Part shown: in pieces, positions 1 to 14,147 of the stretch | Numbering within the stretch: the stretch's first letter is position 1 | Layout of the letters: the number at the start of each line of letters is the position of its first letter | Source: Strigamia acuminata | Lineage: Eukaryota | DNA length: 64,000 nucleotides | Reading direction: 5' to 3' | NCBI GenBank assembly: GCA_949358305.1 | Contig: OX442314.1 | Coordinates: 27,342,001 to 27,406,000 of the forward strand | Position numbers and translations under genes: made by a program | Notes under the pieces: model-generated | Databases searched by the model: none | What the model saw: the letters and a program-made list of their open reading frames with translations, nothing else | Told to the model about the DNA's origin: nothing

Positions 1-3000
1 CGAAATCACATACGGCAGCTCGAACCTCCAAAACGAAGACAGCACGTCGATCTGAGTTCTATAATCTTGGAAACTGATATTCCTGGGCCTGAACCAGGTA
101 CAGTAACTCAATTTATTTCCAGTGAGGGGTTTCAATAATGCGATGAGGATCTGATTATCTGATAATGAAAACAATAAATTTAATTGCTAGAAGAGTCGCC
201 ATTTTGTTGTAGAAAACTGGAACAAGTGTGAACACAAGACTTTCTAAAAGTGGGCGGGTTTTGTAGAAAAGTAGTTCAAGTGTGAACGTGGCACAAATTT
301 AAATTACTTTGTTTTTGAGTATCTCCGATAGTTTTGCGGAAGGATGCTTGTAAGGTTATAAAAAGATCATGCTATGACTTTGAACTCGTACAACCAAGTA
401 CGATCCAATTATGAATCCATTGCAGCCAAGCACATGGTTTAGACTTTAAACATGCCAAAAATCAATGTGTGTGAACCTTGGCCATATGAGAATGAATGGA
501 ATCATAATTTAAGTGCTAAAATCATCTGTTCGGATTATTATACTTTAGCATATTTTTACATTTTCTGAAAGCCCATAATAAAAACCCAACAATCATAGAA
601 AAAAATTAAATTGTTGCAGTAATTATTTTACAGTATTAATCTAAAAACATAGGAAACAAACAAGTAAACATCTGTAATGCATGGACGCATTACCTATTAG
701 ACTTCTAAACCGCTTCTACACGAGATTTAACTCGTTGCAAATGCGCGATGTAGACGGTATGCTGAGTTCATTGCAGTTGTCCGTTTGGCTCTAGCTGCTA
801 TAGTTTTTGCGGAATTGATACGGACGGACAGACGGACATGATCGTTTTATTAGACTTTCTAAACATCAGGTTTAGAAGTCGAAAAGCAATACGTGATGGG
901 AGCATAACGTAGTCAGTTCTGAAGTTCATTTGACCTGGATCCAGTTTTTAGATCTAGGTGGATCCAAGATGTCTGACCTTAATCAATCCATTGTTTTCGA
1001 ATGACAGGATTGATTGGAAATATAACTTATAGGTCATAAATCTATAAGTTATAAAAAGTGCAATCGCAAAACCTCTAATGTCACATAAAAAATTTTTTTG
1101 AACCATCATGAATGATTAAAAAAATTCTGAATCAAATTTTGAATCACAGTCAGTCTGCGCATGTGCATGACTGTCTGATTCGAACTGATGATGGAGGGCA
1201 AGAAGACTGCGACCATCATGCATTGCTGTTTGTTATCTACGTTTTTGGATTGTTGTTATAAAATAATTACTTAATCAATTTAATCTTTAACTTTAACTTT
1301 ATGACTTTATGACTTTATGACTTTTATAAGGCATTTAAGGAGAATAAGTCACTTTATCTCTCGGAATTGAACGCACCGAAAATATTAAAGATGGAGAAAT
1401 TTAGGCGAAACTAAACACTAAGATTTGAAAATTGTGTATGCTCTGTATTTCTACAGATCCAGCGATGGTTCAATATGAGATTCGAATAGCAACGGGAGAT
1501 ATATTTGGGGCTGGAACTGATGCAAACGTTTATATTTCGGTTTTTGGGACCAGTGGCGAATCTGGAAAGCTACAAGTGACAAAGAAGTACACAAATTTGT
1601 TTGAACGTGGACGAACCGACTGTTTTATAATGGATTTGCCGGATGATTTGGGAGAGTTGACCAAGGTAATTTCACTCTACACTTTTTGAATTTTGCAGAT
1701 TTAATTAATTAGTGGTAAAACTGTGATATTGAAGTACAGAAGATGCGAAAGCTGGAATGTATTTGTGAGGTGTAAAAATAGGAAAATCAATATTGATTGA
1801 AAACTCTCAATTTGAGCAAGTGTTCAATTGAGAAAGATCTGTTTCTGGCAGCTTCAAAAAGCTGCTGACATTTAACAACGACGCTTAAGACAGGTGGCAT
1901 TTCTAATCATTCAAGCTTCAGTTCAATCTGGGTGGAAATGTGCAAACACGGTAAAAGCATTTGCACCACTATGTCAACCGATCTTTCTTTCCTTTGGTAT
2001 TTGCATAGCCAGAATGGAAAAAAGTATTCAAAACTAAGTTTGGGAGTTTATCCCATTTGAACTCGCAAATCAAGACACTAGAGATAAAAAACTTAGATGT
2101 TTCTTAGACTAAACTTAGAGTAAGAATAAATTTTATTATTTTGCATATTTCAATTTTTTTTTTGCATATATTGGAATTTTTTGTGCATATTATATGCGCC
2201 TATAACAAAATTTATTTTGCATATATATCCGGGGTCTACTGATCATGTGTAGACGTGTTTGTGCAAATCGAGGGCCTTATTGGGCCTTATTTTAGGGCCT
2301 AGGTCCTTTATATTTTTTTGAATGAAAATCAATAATCATGTTTACCAATATCAATGAACCGTAGTGAAATGTGCACATCTTATTACGATAATGCGTTTTC
2401 ACTGACGCTCTTTGATTGTTTTAGGGGAGAGCCAGCTCGCACATAACACAATTGCCTCGATCCTGGCACATGTTACAAGCGCCACTTGGTTCTCGTGTTA
2501 AATCTCATAACAAGACCTAACATGATAGTGCTACTCTTTATTCAGTGTGCCTTCTGTTTCTCATTGCACATTTGAAGGCTGTGATGGCATTTCGGAAACG
2601 CCAAATCTCATTGTCACTATTCTTTCGTATTTGATACATTTACACGCAATTCTTTTTGGAGAAAACCTATATTGAGGAAACGAACCGACATCAATAGATC
2701 TTACCCAATCACAGCGCATCATTAAAATAATACGTTAATGTTGGACATGAACGTAGCCACTGCCTAAATCAAAACTTAAAAAAAAAGAGCCTGTAAAAAC
2801 AGAATTGGATGTGCAGTCGTGTTCAAAAAAACTGGACCCTCACTCTGGCTGGCAGTTGAAATTGTGAGTAATTTCGTATTTTGCCACTAGGTGAAACACC
2901 AGACATCAGCAGGTGAAAATACTTGTATAATACTTGTAGCAGACAAGAGTATACAAGTTTAATCACTTCTTGATGTCTGGTGTTTAACCTAGTGGCACAA

Positions 3001-3534
3001 CACGAAATTACTTGCAATTTCAATTGCCAGCCTAGAGTGAGGGTCCAGTTTTTTTGAACACGATTGTACAGTCGAAACTTGTTATAATGAACAGGGCTGG
3101 ACTGGGAACAAATTTATTGCCGGGAAATCTGGGTGTCCGGGCCACAATTAATGAAGTCGGGACAGGCCAGAGCGGGCGGCCACGGGCCCCCGGGAAACTC
3201 CCGGTAGCCCGCCGGGCCAGTCCAGCACTGATAACGAATTGCAAGGGACCGAAAAAACCGTTTTGTTATAATTATAACGAATTTTTTTAAATATACAAAA
3301 GGCTAACTTACTAACATTTTGCTTTCTGACTAGCTTCGCATTGAACACGATGACAGTGGTTTCGGTGCAGCTTGGCTCTTGGATTGTGTGCACATCACTA
3401 ACCTGGCAACCCTTGTATCAAATGTTTTTCTCTGCAACGAATGGTTAGACAATGAACACGGCACATTTCGCGACCTTAGTCCATTGCAAGTGGGTTCTGT
3501 CGAAGATGGAGCCACACAAACCGACGAAGACTAA
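1..3534 (+). CDS. Single PLAT/LH2-domain protein, tandem copy 1 (5' end outside window)
   Basis: Exons <1-97, 1457-1665, 3334-3534 with GT-AG ends and compatible phases. Translation ...HVDLSSIILETDIPGPEP/DPAMVQYEIRIATGDIFGAGTDANVYISVFG...LFERGRTDCF...LGELTK/LRIEHDDSGFGAAWLLDCVHI...FLCNEWLD is one complete PLAT domain; TAA at 3532-3534. Confidence 0.85.
2814..3066. mobile_element. MITE with ~65-bp imperfect TIRs (CAGTCGTGTTCAAAAAAACTGGACCCTCACTCT...), Tc1/mariner-like
   Basis: 2814-2878 is the imperfect reverse complement of ~3002-3066; TA follows the right end. Confidence 0.65.
3092..3230. mobile_element. 139-bp hAT-like MITE (TIRs CAGGGCTGGACTGG/CCAGTCCAGCACTG)
   Basis: 8-bp TSD ATAATGAA/ATAACGAA (7/8 match). 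Related copies at ~4398-4501 and ~23690-23738. Confidence 0.75.
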
Positions 3535-3936
3535 GATGAGTTTATTTATTTTCTATAACTTTTCCAGATTTCTTTACTAACAGCTTTAATTAAACACCAC
3601 AATTCAATGTGATTGCTTTCTGTCCGTTTGATAAATAAATTATTGTCATTTATTCTTCTATCCGAAGTATTTTCAAATGTTATTGCTTATGAGCAAATTT
3701 TCCAAGCAGTTTTCCATTAGACCATTAGATGCACTTACTACTTCACCAATGCATTACATACACAAGTCTCTTGAAAATTAACTTTACTGTTACATACGCT
3801 TTTTTTTGTTTACAGTAAAAGCTGTTTTATTCGGCAGGGGATTAACCGGAAACCTCTATTATCAGGAATCTAACGTGCACTCCTCTTGCTTGTGGGAATC
3901 TCTCAATTGCCCCTGCTACCCCTAGATTACACCGTC

Positions 3937-3964
3937 AACCTAACCTAACCTAACCTAACCTAAC
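3937..3964 (-). repeat. (AACCT)5 tract, i.e. (TTAGG)n arthropod telomere-type pentamer, interstitial
   Basis: Direct reading: aacctaacctaacctaacctaacctaac. Confidence 0.7.
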
Positions 3965-5301
3965 TGTATCTAAGCACCTTAAAAACGGGATTGCTAAAGT
4001 GAAGTAATCCGGATTTCTCGATAGAAAAATTCTTTTGGGGTTCCACTAATAACTTTTTTTCGAGGCTCGCAAAACCTCTAGCCGGCTTTACTTACGGATG
4101 GCGAAGTCAGTTTGAAATTAGAGTTCATCTGTGACTGACAAAAGCAGAAATAAAAGCTATAAATATTTTCTCAACGATAGAATCACTAAATACCTCTGCG
4201 GATGATTTTGATATCCGGCAATCCTATGGTCCCGACCTTGTCAGATAAAATAGCTTTTACAGAATATTGTTGTAGTATTCGAGGACAATCAATGTTCATG
4301 GTGAAAAATTTGTGAAAGATCCAAAATTGAAAGAAAGAAAAAAAACCGTGGTTTTTGGTGCTCACAATTAAATGCCGATGTAATGTGCAGTGCAGTGCAG
4401 TGCTGGACTGGCCCGGGCAGGCCCGAGGCAGGCCCACCGTAGCCTGTCCCTGGGGCCCGACGCATCCAGATTTTCCAGTACTAAATTTGTAGCCAGTCCA
4501 GGGGTCGGCAACTTGCGGCTCTTTTGATGTCGGAGAACAGTGAGAATAGATGGAGTAGAGAGTAGACGGACAGCTAACCGTCGTGTTAGTGGCTCTTTAA
4601 TTGTAATTTTTGGTTCTTCCGTCTCAAAAGGTTGCTGGCCACTGCCCTCTAACGCTGAGGCTCCAAGTGAACGCTTTTTCAACAACTGGATATGCATCCC
4701 AAGCAGACGGGTCATGGCTGACCTAGATTTTGTTTCGTTCATGCCTGGTGGATGAGATTGGATTTTTACTTCTGTAAAAATAACAGCTCCATCAGGGCTG
4801 AAGAGAATGGTGGGGGTCGCCAGTCCAAATTACCCGGTCACGACTATGTTGAATACAGGGCTTGAAATGTACCGGAGCAAATTATGGAAAAATGTTCTGG
4901 TTTCGTGATATTTTTTTTTATTGTGATTTTGTGATTGTAAGAATAATTTGTTCAAACATCCGGTTCGTAAAATTTTCCATTTCGAGCTCTGGATTGAATA
5001 AATGTATTTTTTCCTGTTTCGTTTGTATACCAGGCACGGCATGTACTTTTTTCTTTCTTTCTTGTTTTGTTTTTTTCAACTTCAGTAAATGTCCTGTATA
5101 ACAATTTATAGCTGGTCCACCAATCTTGCCACACATTTTTTTCTTAGGGGGCCCAAACTAGCTCTTGGAAGCTCTGAAAGCCATGTTTCCATTTCAACAG
5201 CTGATTTCACAACACAGTACAGAATAAATTCTCCAATATGATGAAAAACTATATATAAAATTTATAATATATATATATACAGTATTTATATAGTAAAAAG
5301 C

Positions 5302-5563
5302 AGTGGCTATGTTCATGTCCGACGTTCATGTATTATTTTAATGACGCGCTGTGATTGGTTGAGATCTATTGATGTCGGTTTGTTTCCTCAACGCACGTTC
5401 TCTCAAAACGATGTTTTTGAGATTTTCCCATCTTTTTTTCTTACAAGGGGGGCTATGTCCCCCATGACTCCGAGTATTTTCATCAATGTATCTACGCATC
5501 TCTCAACCAATCATAGCGAGTCATAAAAATAATACGTCCATGTCCGACATGAACATGGCCTCT
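5302..5563. mobile_element. MITE with TIRs GTGGCTATGTTCATGTC...GACATGAACATGGCC
   Basis: Imperfect terminal inverted repeats; a related fragment lies in reverse orientation at ~2655-2761. Confidence 0.5.
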
Positions 5564-7160
5564 TCGATAATAAAATGGGTGACATATTTTCATGCATATA
5601 TTCTTTTCTGCAGAAACTTTATTACAGGCCCAGTGCATAGTCTAAAGGTTAAAAATCGAGTGCTTAAACATTATTGACATACCAGTATTCAACTTTTGTA
5701 TATATCAATAATTTGATGATGAAATTTTATTAGCAGTTGCTCTTTCATTTATGTATTTATTTAAATTCAAGCTGTGTGCCAGCTTGTATTGATCTGATAA
5801 AGGGTGTTTCCGTTAGCATTGGATTTACGATCATAGTTCATTTATTCGACAGTGAAAAAATAGTCTTTTTTTTATTCACATTTAAGGAACTGGTTAAGGC
5901 AGGGGTCGGCAACCTGCGGTTCTTTCGATGTCAAGATCAAATACAATAATATTGAAACAAAAATGTTAGTGGCTCTTTAAAAACTGGGAAATTTTGTAAA
6001 TTGTAAATTTTGGCTCTTCCGTCTCACAAGGATGGCTCTTCCGTCTCACAAGGATGGCTCTTCCGTCTCAAAGGGTTGCCGACCCCTTTGAAAATATGGG
6101 TTGGCATTAAACTATTGGTGGGTTTTCCTTTCAAGCAGGTTGTACTGCATTGACCATACAAAACACACCAAACAGTGTATTGTATTTTTTCTATTTGCAT
6201 AACAATGTTTCTAAAAATAAGTTCTACTTAATGCAGTTATAATAATGCCGCCCACAATAAGAAAACTACAAATTAACGATGTTATAATGTTATTTTGCAA
6301 TGATTTTTCTCATAGAGGGGGGCAACCATTGTTGCGATCACATGATTGTATCACCTGACCGCATTTTTCCAAAGGTTATAATTAAATATGGTTGTTAAGT
6401 TTGTTTTTGTAGCAAACAGAAAAAGAATTACTGGAATAAAAGTTCAAATGGAAATCAATGTGTACCAACATAATGTAGCTTAGTAAAATAAGTTGAATTG
6501 TTTTGTTTACTGCTTCAACATCTGTCACTAAACCACTTGTAAATACAATTATTACAGTCCATATTTTAATATTCATGCTTTATTACCTCAATATTTGCCA
6601 TATGGAAATGAGCTTTGAATACAAATATTTAAAACAATTAAATACTTTATATTCATTTATTTAACTTGTAATTATATTGCCCTTACTTGTTTAATGTGTG
6701 GACATTTTTCATTCATTTCATTACAATGAGCTTGTATCTTATAGAATTTTTTAATTAAAATTTTCAATATATTTTTACTCCACATTTCTTGCTCTCTTTT
6801 CTTTAAAACAATTATTTCCTACATAAATTTATGTGAGTTGGTCGTTTTTAAATAAAATTCCATATTTCATATTGTACAACCCAGTTGCAAAAACTCGAAT
6901 GAGCTGATTGGATTTTTTTGAAATGTATCACAGTTACAAAAATAAAGCTAACTTTTGATGTGTTTTGAATATTGTTAAAAACCTTTTTTCCACTGAAAGA
7001 GAAGAGTTTAATTAACCTAGTTTAGTTGGTTTCAGATAATTTGTCTATTTCATAACTACACAGTGATTGAAAGAAAAAGCACTTTATTTGAAAAGATAGA
7101 GTGATTGTATATTTTTGCAACTGGGTTGTATAAATATATCTACCGGGTATATTGAATTTT

Positions 7161-7174
7161 GTAGCTATAGCAAC
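7161..7174. promoter_or_regulatory. X-box variant (GTAGCTATAGCAAC) of PLAT copy 2
   Basis: Homologous position to the 16740 X-box, just before the leader exon. Confidence 0.6.
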
Positions 7175-7928
7175 AAATCAAACTCCTAACATAACGTGTA
7201 ACTAGAATTGACAGTTATTCTGGATATCTTAACGTCGTTTTAACGTCCGGCCATATTGTGCAGGTGGGTAAATTATAGTACCAAATTTTGAGGGGATTAC
7301 TAAGTGACTAAAGGAAATTGATTGGCGGTTTTGCCATTAGAATTGAAAGGTGTGGATAAACATGTAGATATGAGTAGATATGGAAACGTTATAGATATTG
7401 GATTGATCGATATCAAAACAGTACCAAACCTCAATTCGTTTATTAAAACCGACTTCTGGTTTGTTGATAAATGGTTTTATAAAATCGGTTTCGAAGTTTG
7501 AGCAAATCATTTATTAGCTTGCAACCAAGGGTAGAACCAGGATTAAGTGGATATAAAACTTCATAACATTGCCCTAATTGTCACTAAAATTCCATCATTT
7601 TTGGTTGCAAAAACAAACATAAATCAACATGGCGCCAAGAACGTCAAAACCAACAATGACGTCACAGGAATTCCAGATGAATGTAAAAAGGTGAGGAACT
7701 AATTACTTTTACATGATATGGTGCTGACCTAAGTAAGGATGTTTGATTCTTGAAAAAGTACCCTTGTGCAGCGCCTAAAGTAATGTAGAAATAAAAGATG
7801 TTGATTTCCGTAATTCCTTTGAGGTTTTGGCGTCTTGACAATGGTTTTAACAAGAATTTATATTTCCATTAGTTGAACATGGAGGTGTGTCAGTAGAGGA
7901 TTAATAACACTTTTATTTTTATTTAGAC

Positions 7929-9991
7929 ATGGTTTCTATGATACGTTACCGTGGTCAAGGATTTGCTGCCCTGCGAACACCGAGACCTCCGTCACGTGAA
8001 CCAAAACCCATAACGAAGCTCGAAATTCCAAAAAGCAGACAGCATGTCGATCTGAGTTCTATAATCTTCGAAACTGATATTCCTGGACCTGAATCAGGTA
8101 CGGTAACTCAATTTATTTCCAGTGAGGGGTTTCAATAATGCGATGAGTATCTGATTATTTGATAATCAAAACAATGAAAATTGAATTATTTTGAGTATCT
8201 GTGATAGTTTGCGGAAGGATGCTTGTGGGGTTATAAAAAGATCATGTTATAACTTGTAACTCGTGTAACCGAGCATGATCCAATTATGAAATATGTTAAT
8301 GACACAGCACTCAGAATCCATTACAACCACACATGGTTTAGACTTTAAACAGAAGTCGGGTCACTTCATCGAATCCCGTTCCATCGAATGGCGGGTTTTC
8401 GATGACACGCACCGATCGGAATTTAATTCGATGAGATGACCCCTGTTTTCCAAAATTCCAAGAAATGCGATAAAATGAAAATTCGATGAAACGGGATTCG
8501 ATTTGCTTTAAACATGCCAAAAATCAACAACTTGGCCATATGAGAATGAACGGAATCATAATTCAAGTGCTACAATCATCATTGTTTATATTTCAGCACT
8601 TGAGTGACTAGGTCAATAGGTGTGTTTAATTTTTTAAAGGAGTAGTCGCTTCTCTTCCTTCCTTTTCCACAAGTCACTTTATGAATGGACGCATTAATTT
8701 GTTAACCAAATGCTAAGTTTGAATAATTTCAAAAATAACCACCATTTACCGTATTTCGTCGAATCTAAGATGCATTTTTTACCCATAAAACAGAGTGCAT
8801 CTTACAATTGATGGCGTCTTAGAATCGAATAAATACGGTAACGTGAAAAGATGAAAACATCTGTGCATATGCAATGCCATCGGTCACAATTCCATAAACA
8901 ATGTAAGGAAGTTCAAATAGCGTCTTTACTCTTTACGTATAAGTAATCTCTCAGAATTAAACGCACCGAAAATATTAAAGATAGAGAAATTTAGTTGAAA
9001 CTAAACAATAAGATTTGAAAATTGTGTATACTCTGTATTTCTACAGATCCAGCAATGGTTCAATATGATATTCGAATAACAACGGGAGATATTTTCGGGG
9101 CTGGAACTGATGCAAACGTTTATATTTCGGTTTTTGGGACCAAAGGCGAATCTGGAAAGCTAAAACTGACAAAGAAGTACACAAATTTGTTTGAACGTGG
9201 ACGAACTGACTGTTTTATAATGGATTTGCCCGATGATTTGGGAAAGTTGACCAAGGTAATTTTACTCTACACTTTTTGAATTTTTTATACGGGTGTTTAA
9301 ATAATTAGTGGTAAAACTGCTCAATCTAATGTCTACGATATAAAGTACAGAAGATGAGAAAGCTGAAATGTATTTGAGAGGAAAATCAATATTGATTTGA
9401 AACTGTCAATTTGAGCAAATGTTCAATTGAGAAAGATTTGCTTCTGGCAGCTTTAAAAAGCTTTAAAAAGCTGCTGACGTGTGACAACGACGCATTTCTA
9501 ATTATTCAAGCTTCGTTCTAATCACTCAAGCTTCGTTCTAATCACTCAAGCTTCAGTTCAATCTGGGTGGAAATGTGCAATCACGGTAAAAGCATTTGCA
9601 CCACTATGTCAACCGATCTTTCTTTCCTTTGGTTGGTATTTGCATAGCCAGAACGAAAAAAAGTATTCAAAACTTAATTTGGGAGTTTATTCCATTTAAA
9701 CTCTCAAATCAAGACTCTAGAGATAAAAAACGTTCTCTATAGATTATCTTATAGTTAAAGACTGGTACTAAAATTTTGCTTTCTGACTAGCTTCGCATTG
9801 AACACGACAACGGTGGTTTCGGTGCAGCTTGGCTCTTGGATTGTGTGTACGTCAGTAACATGAAAACCCGGGTATCAAATGTTTTTCTCTGCAACGAATG
9901 GTTAGACAAGAAACACGGCACATCTCGCGACCTTAGTCCATTGCAAGTGGGTTCTTTCGCAGATGTAGCCACACAAACCGATGAAAACTAA
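7929..9991 (+). CDS. Single PLAT/LH2-domain protein, tandem copy 2
   Basis: Coding exons 7929-8097, 9047-9255, 9791-9991, plus a leader exon ending at 7263. Nearly identical to copy 1 (GAGTDANVY, HDNGGFGAAWLL, CNEWLD motifs). Confidence 0.85.
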
Positions 9992-11131
9992 GATGAGTTT
10001 GTTTATTTTTTGCAAGTTTTACAGATTTACAGACTTAAGGTGACTAAGATAAATTTGATAGTACTAATTTGATGATGCTTTACAACTTTGTAATTGAAAA
10101 TTTTTCTCTAACCTGTTTGGTTTAAAAGTTAGAAAGTGAATGACCTTGAAACTGGCCTTCAAAGTCAAATTTGATGACATCATTGGATTGCGCTCACCTA
10201 CTTCCTATACGATCGCTTCATCAAAGTTGGCCGAGATGCAATTGCTCAGGAATTATTTGGAGGGGACCAGACTTTGATGATGAAATTTTATTAGCAGTTG
10301 CTCTTTCATTTATGTATTTATTTAAATCCAAGCTGTGTGCCAGCTTGTATTGATCTGATAACAGGTGTTTCCGTTAGCATTGGATTTACGATCATAGTTC
10401 ATTTATTCGACAGTGAAAAAATAGCCTTTTTTCCTATTCACATTTAAGGAACTGATTAAGGGCAGGTTGTACTGCATTGACCATTCAAAACACACCAAGC
10501 ACGGTATTGTATTTTTTCTATTTCCATAACAATGTTTCGAAATATAAATTCTACTTAATGCAATTAATTTGGCAACAGTTATAATTAAATTTGGTTGCTA
10601 AGTTTCTTTTTCTAGCAAACAGAAAGAAATTACTGGAATAAAAGTTTAAATGGAAATCAATATTAGTACCAACATAATGTAGCTTAGTAAAATAAGTTGA
10701 ATTGTTTTGTTTACAGCTTTTACATCTATTACTAAACCACTTGTTAATACAATTATTACAGTCCATATTTTAATATTCATTATTCATGCTTTTATAATTC
10801 AATATTTACTATATGGAAATGAGCTTTGAATACAAATATTTAAAAAATTAAATATTTTATATTCATTTATTTAACTTGTAATTATATTGTTATTATATTG
10901 CACTTGTTTAATGTGTGGAAATTTTTCATTCATTTCAATGAGCTTGTATCTTATAGAATTTTTTAATTAAAATTTTCAATATATTTTTACTCTACATCAT
11001 TTCTTGCTCTTTTTTCTTTAAAACAATTATTTCTTTCATAAATTTATGTGAGTTGGTCGTTTTTAAATAAAATTCCATATTTCATATATTGTACATACAC
11101 ATTATAAATATATCCGGGTGTATCGAATTTT

Positions 11132-11145
11132 GTAGCTATGGCAAC
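11132..11145. promoter_or_regulatory. X-box variant (GTAGCTATGGCAAC) of PLAT copy 3
   Basis: Homologous position to the 16740 X-box; one mismatch to it. Confidence 0.65.
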
Positions 11146-11462
11146 AAACCAAAACTCCTAACATTGAATTGACGCTTATTCTGGTTGTTTTAACGTCGTT
11201 TTAACGTCCGGCCATATTGTGCAGGTAGGTAAATTACAGTACCAAATTTTGAGAGGATTACTAAGTGACTAAAGAAAATTAATTGGCGGTTTCGCCATTA
11301 GAATTGCAAGGTGTGGATAAACGTGTAGATATGGGTAGATATGGAAACGTTATAGATATTGAATTGGTCGATATCAAAACAGTGAGATTGTTTGCATTTG
11401 TCACCTATCGTAATCATAATCAATATCTCATACTTGGGGTGTCATGACCATGTCAAGAACAC

Positions 11463-11525
<63 letters not shown>

Positions 11526-11532
11526 CTTATTT
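11463..11532. repeat. (TTTA)n microsatellite
   Basis: About 17 units directly before the exon acceptor at 11535. Confidence 0.95.
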
Positions 11533-11536
11533 AAGC

Positions 11537-13220
11537 ATGGTGTCTGTGCTACGTTATCGCGGATATGGACTTACTCCTCTGTCTGCGTTCGGGGATGAAC
11601 AGCAAGGACTTTCACCTCACAAAAACGGCATCAGACGGCTGGATCCTACGGATAAAAGACGACGTCCGAGTTTTTTTGCATCATCAGTTTCGGACACAGG
11701 TACTGTATTGCCGTGCTTTTAGTGGCGTGCCACTATAAATGAGACAAAAAAATTAATTAATTAGAATCTTTTGCAAGGTGTTTTCATTTTTTTTTCTGGT
11801 GGTAATTGAGAAACCAGTGAAAGAAACTTTCAAAATTTTCCTTAATTAATTTTTTTACTCAACTATTTTTAATTTTAATTTTCCATTTGTTTTTTTTTAA
11901 AGATGTTGATGTGGTTAAATACGAAGTTCGAGTAACTACTGGGAAAAAAAAGGGGGCTGGAACTGACGCAAATGTTTACATATCGTTTTTTGGGACCAAT
12001 GGCGAAGGTGAAAAATTACAACTGGCCAAAACATCCAAAAGTACATTCCAACTTGGAGGAACTGATTGCTTCATAGTGGATCTGCCTGTTGGTTTAGGAG
12101 AACTGACCAAGGTAAACAAAACTATAATTTCTCTTTCCCTTTCAAATTTTTAAAATACAATGTACTCTGTATAGCCACAGCGTTGTCCGGACAGGTTTGG
12201 AGGTCCCGACCTATACCCTGCAATGTTAAATCCCTTCTCCCGTCCGGACAGCTTGTTAGTTCGGACAACTTTCTGGGACACAGAGCACACTGTAATGATT
12301 TATAACAGCGTTTCCCAAACTAAAGGTGGAAACACAAGGGAGCGGGTAAAATTTAAAAGCTTGCTTTTACTTGAAAAAGCGGCTAAAAACTCGCCCGCTT
12401 GAACAAACACAAGCTTGCGTTTTTATTCAAAGCTTTATTTTGAAGCGAACTTGTACTCACCCGCTCCGATCAAACTGAGTTTGATTTACCAGCTTCAAGC
12501 TTGCTGGTGTTCTGGTCATGTGACTTTGACAGCCAATCAGAATGGTGAGGAAATTCTTGGAGGAGATTTTGGCGGGAATTTCTGGCTAGCTACCTAGCTA
12601 GCTTGAGTTTTCCAGTTAAGGTGGTAAGCCAAATGCGGGTCAAGTGAGCTTGTAAATGACTCCCTCTTTAAACTTGTAGTAGCAAGCTTTGGAATTTTAC
12701 CCGCTCCCTTGTGTTTCCACCTTAAGTCATTTTTTGTTTACAATTGAATGGTCGTTGGGTGCTCTTTTTGAAATTTATTTTCAGAGGCAATCTTATGCTT
12801 CCCTGCACGTATGGGGAAATGGACACTTATTCTCTGCACTACGTGTTATAAATATCTGCACTTGCCACCAAGTGAATTGTGTTCAAAACTGTGCTAACCT
12901 CTAAACCAATCTATCACTAGCTCTGCATTGGACATGACGACACTGGCTTGAATGCAGCGTGGCTCTTGGATTGTGTTCATGTCACTAACCGGAAAACTCT
13001 GGTGTCGACGGTTTTTCTTTGCAACGAATGGTTGGATAACAAACACGGCACATCTCGCGAGCTTAAACCATTGCAAGTGGGTTCATGTGAAGGTGCTACC
13101 TCAATCAACACGACCACCAGTAGGAACCATTCCGCGCAAGTCAAACATACATTTTGGCACAAACTTAAGGAAATTAAAAAAGTGTTTACATTTTTAACGC
13201 CAAAAAGCTGGGGAAAATAA
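11537..13220 (+). CDS. Single PLAT/LH2-domain protein, tandem copy 3 (divergent, longer C-terminal tail)
   Basis: Coding exons 11537-11699, 11903-12111, 12921-13220: YEVRVTTGKKKGAGTDANVYISFFG...LCIGHDDTGLNAAWLLDCVHV...FLCNEWLD. Same intron positions as the paralogs. Confidence 0.8.
12324..12722. mobile_element. PIF/Harbinger-like MITE, copy 1 (TIR AGGTGGAAACACAAGGGAGCGGGTAAAATT)
   Basis: 30-bp TIRs, TAA target-site duplication; second copy at 24366-24765. Confidence 0.85.
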
Positions 13221-14108
13221 TTTTTGAATGCATTTTTACCAGTTTCAACAAGGGAAAGCGGAAGGCGCATTTATTAAGTCATTTAAACTTGTTTACATTT
13301 TTTAAACCAGTCTAAATTTAAGATTTTACATGTAAATTTTTATATTTAGGCTGCACTTAGTGCAATTTTTTTTCGATAATTATTGTCACTTATTACACTT
13401 CTAATCTGACTTTTTAAATCGAAAAACCGATTCTCTCGATTATCTCGATTTTCCTTGGCGGAAATGACGCAAAACGAGCCATATTTTTGAGAATCGGATT
13501 CTCGAAAAACCGATTTTTATAATCCACGTGTGGGAGGGATTCTTTGGATTTTGACCCGATTTCAACTCGTTTTTCTCCAATAGAAGAGTGGTTTTATGAT
13601 GTAAACTCAAATATAATAATTTTATTATCCAAATGTGGTTGTAAATTTTTTTTTGGCTGAAATGAACTTCAAGGGTTGAAAAATCGATGTCTACTCACTT
13701 AATTGCATTTTATTTTTTTCCTTTCTTGAAGGAAACGTAAATTGATGATGTCTCTATGCACTCTAACCACCAATGTAAATAGTTTTTGTTTACGGTCTAT
13801 ATTTGATTAAATTTTTTATTTTTGCATTTAATTGCAAATAACTCTTTAAATTTTTAAAATACTTTTTATTGCTTAATTCTATTGATTCTGTCGTATTTTT
13901 TATGTGACATTCTCATTAATTTTATTTTATATTACACATACATGTATCATAAAATCTTTTTCATTAAACTTTTCAAATTATATGTTTCTCTTTTCAAATG
14001 TTTAGTTTTTTTCTCTTTTTTAATTTAATTTTGTGACAACTAGTCTTCTAAGTTAAAAAGTAGTAATTTTAATTGATTTTTGTACCGGGAAATGAAATAT
14101 CGAGTTTT

Positions 14109-14122
14109 GTATCTACGACAAC
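14109..14122. promoter_or_regulatory. Degenerate X-box (GTATCTACGACAAC) of PLAT copy 4
   Basis: Homologous position to the 16740 X-box; several substitutions. Confidence 0.4.
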
Positions 14123-14147
14123 GAGCCAAACCCAGCTCTAACATACC

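Noticed and set aside
3937..3964. True telomere or chromosome fusion site
   Set aside because: Only five units within repeat-rich intergenic DNA; more likely a microsatellite within a mobile element.
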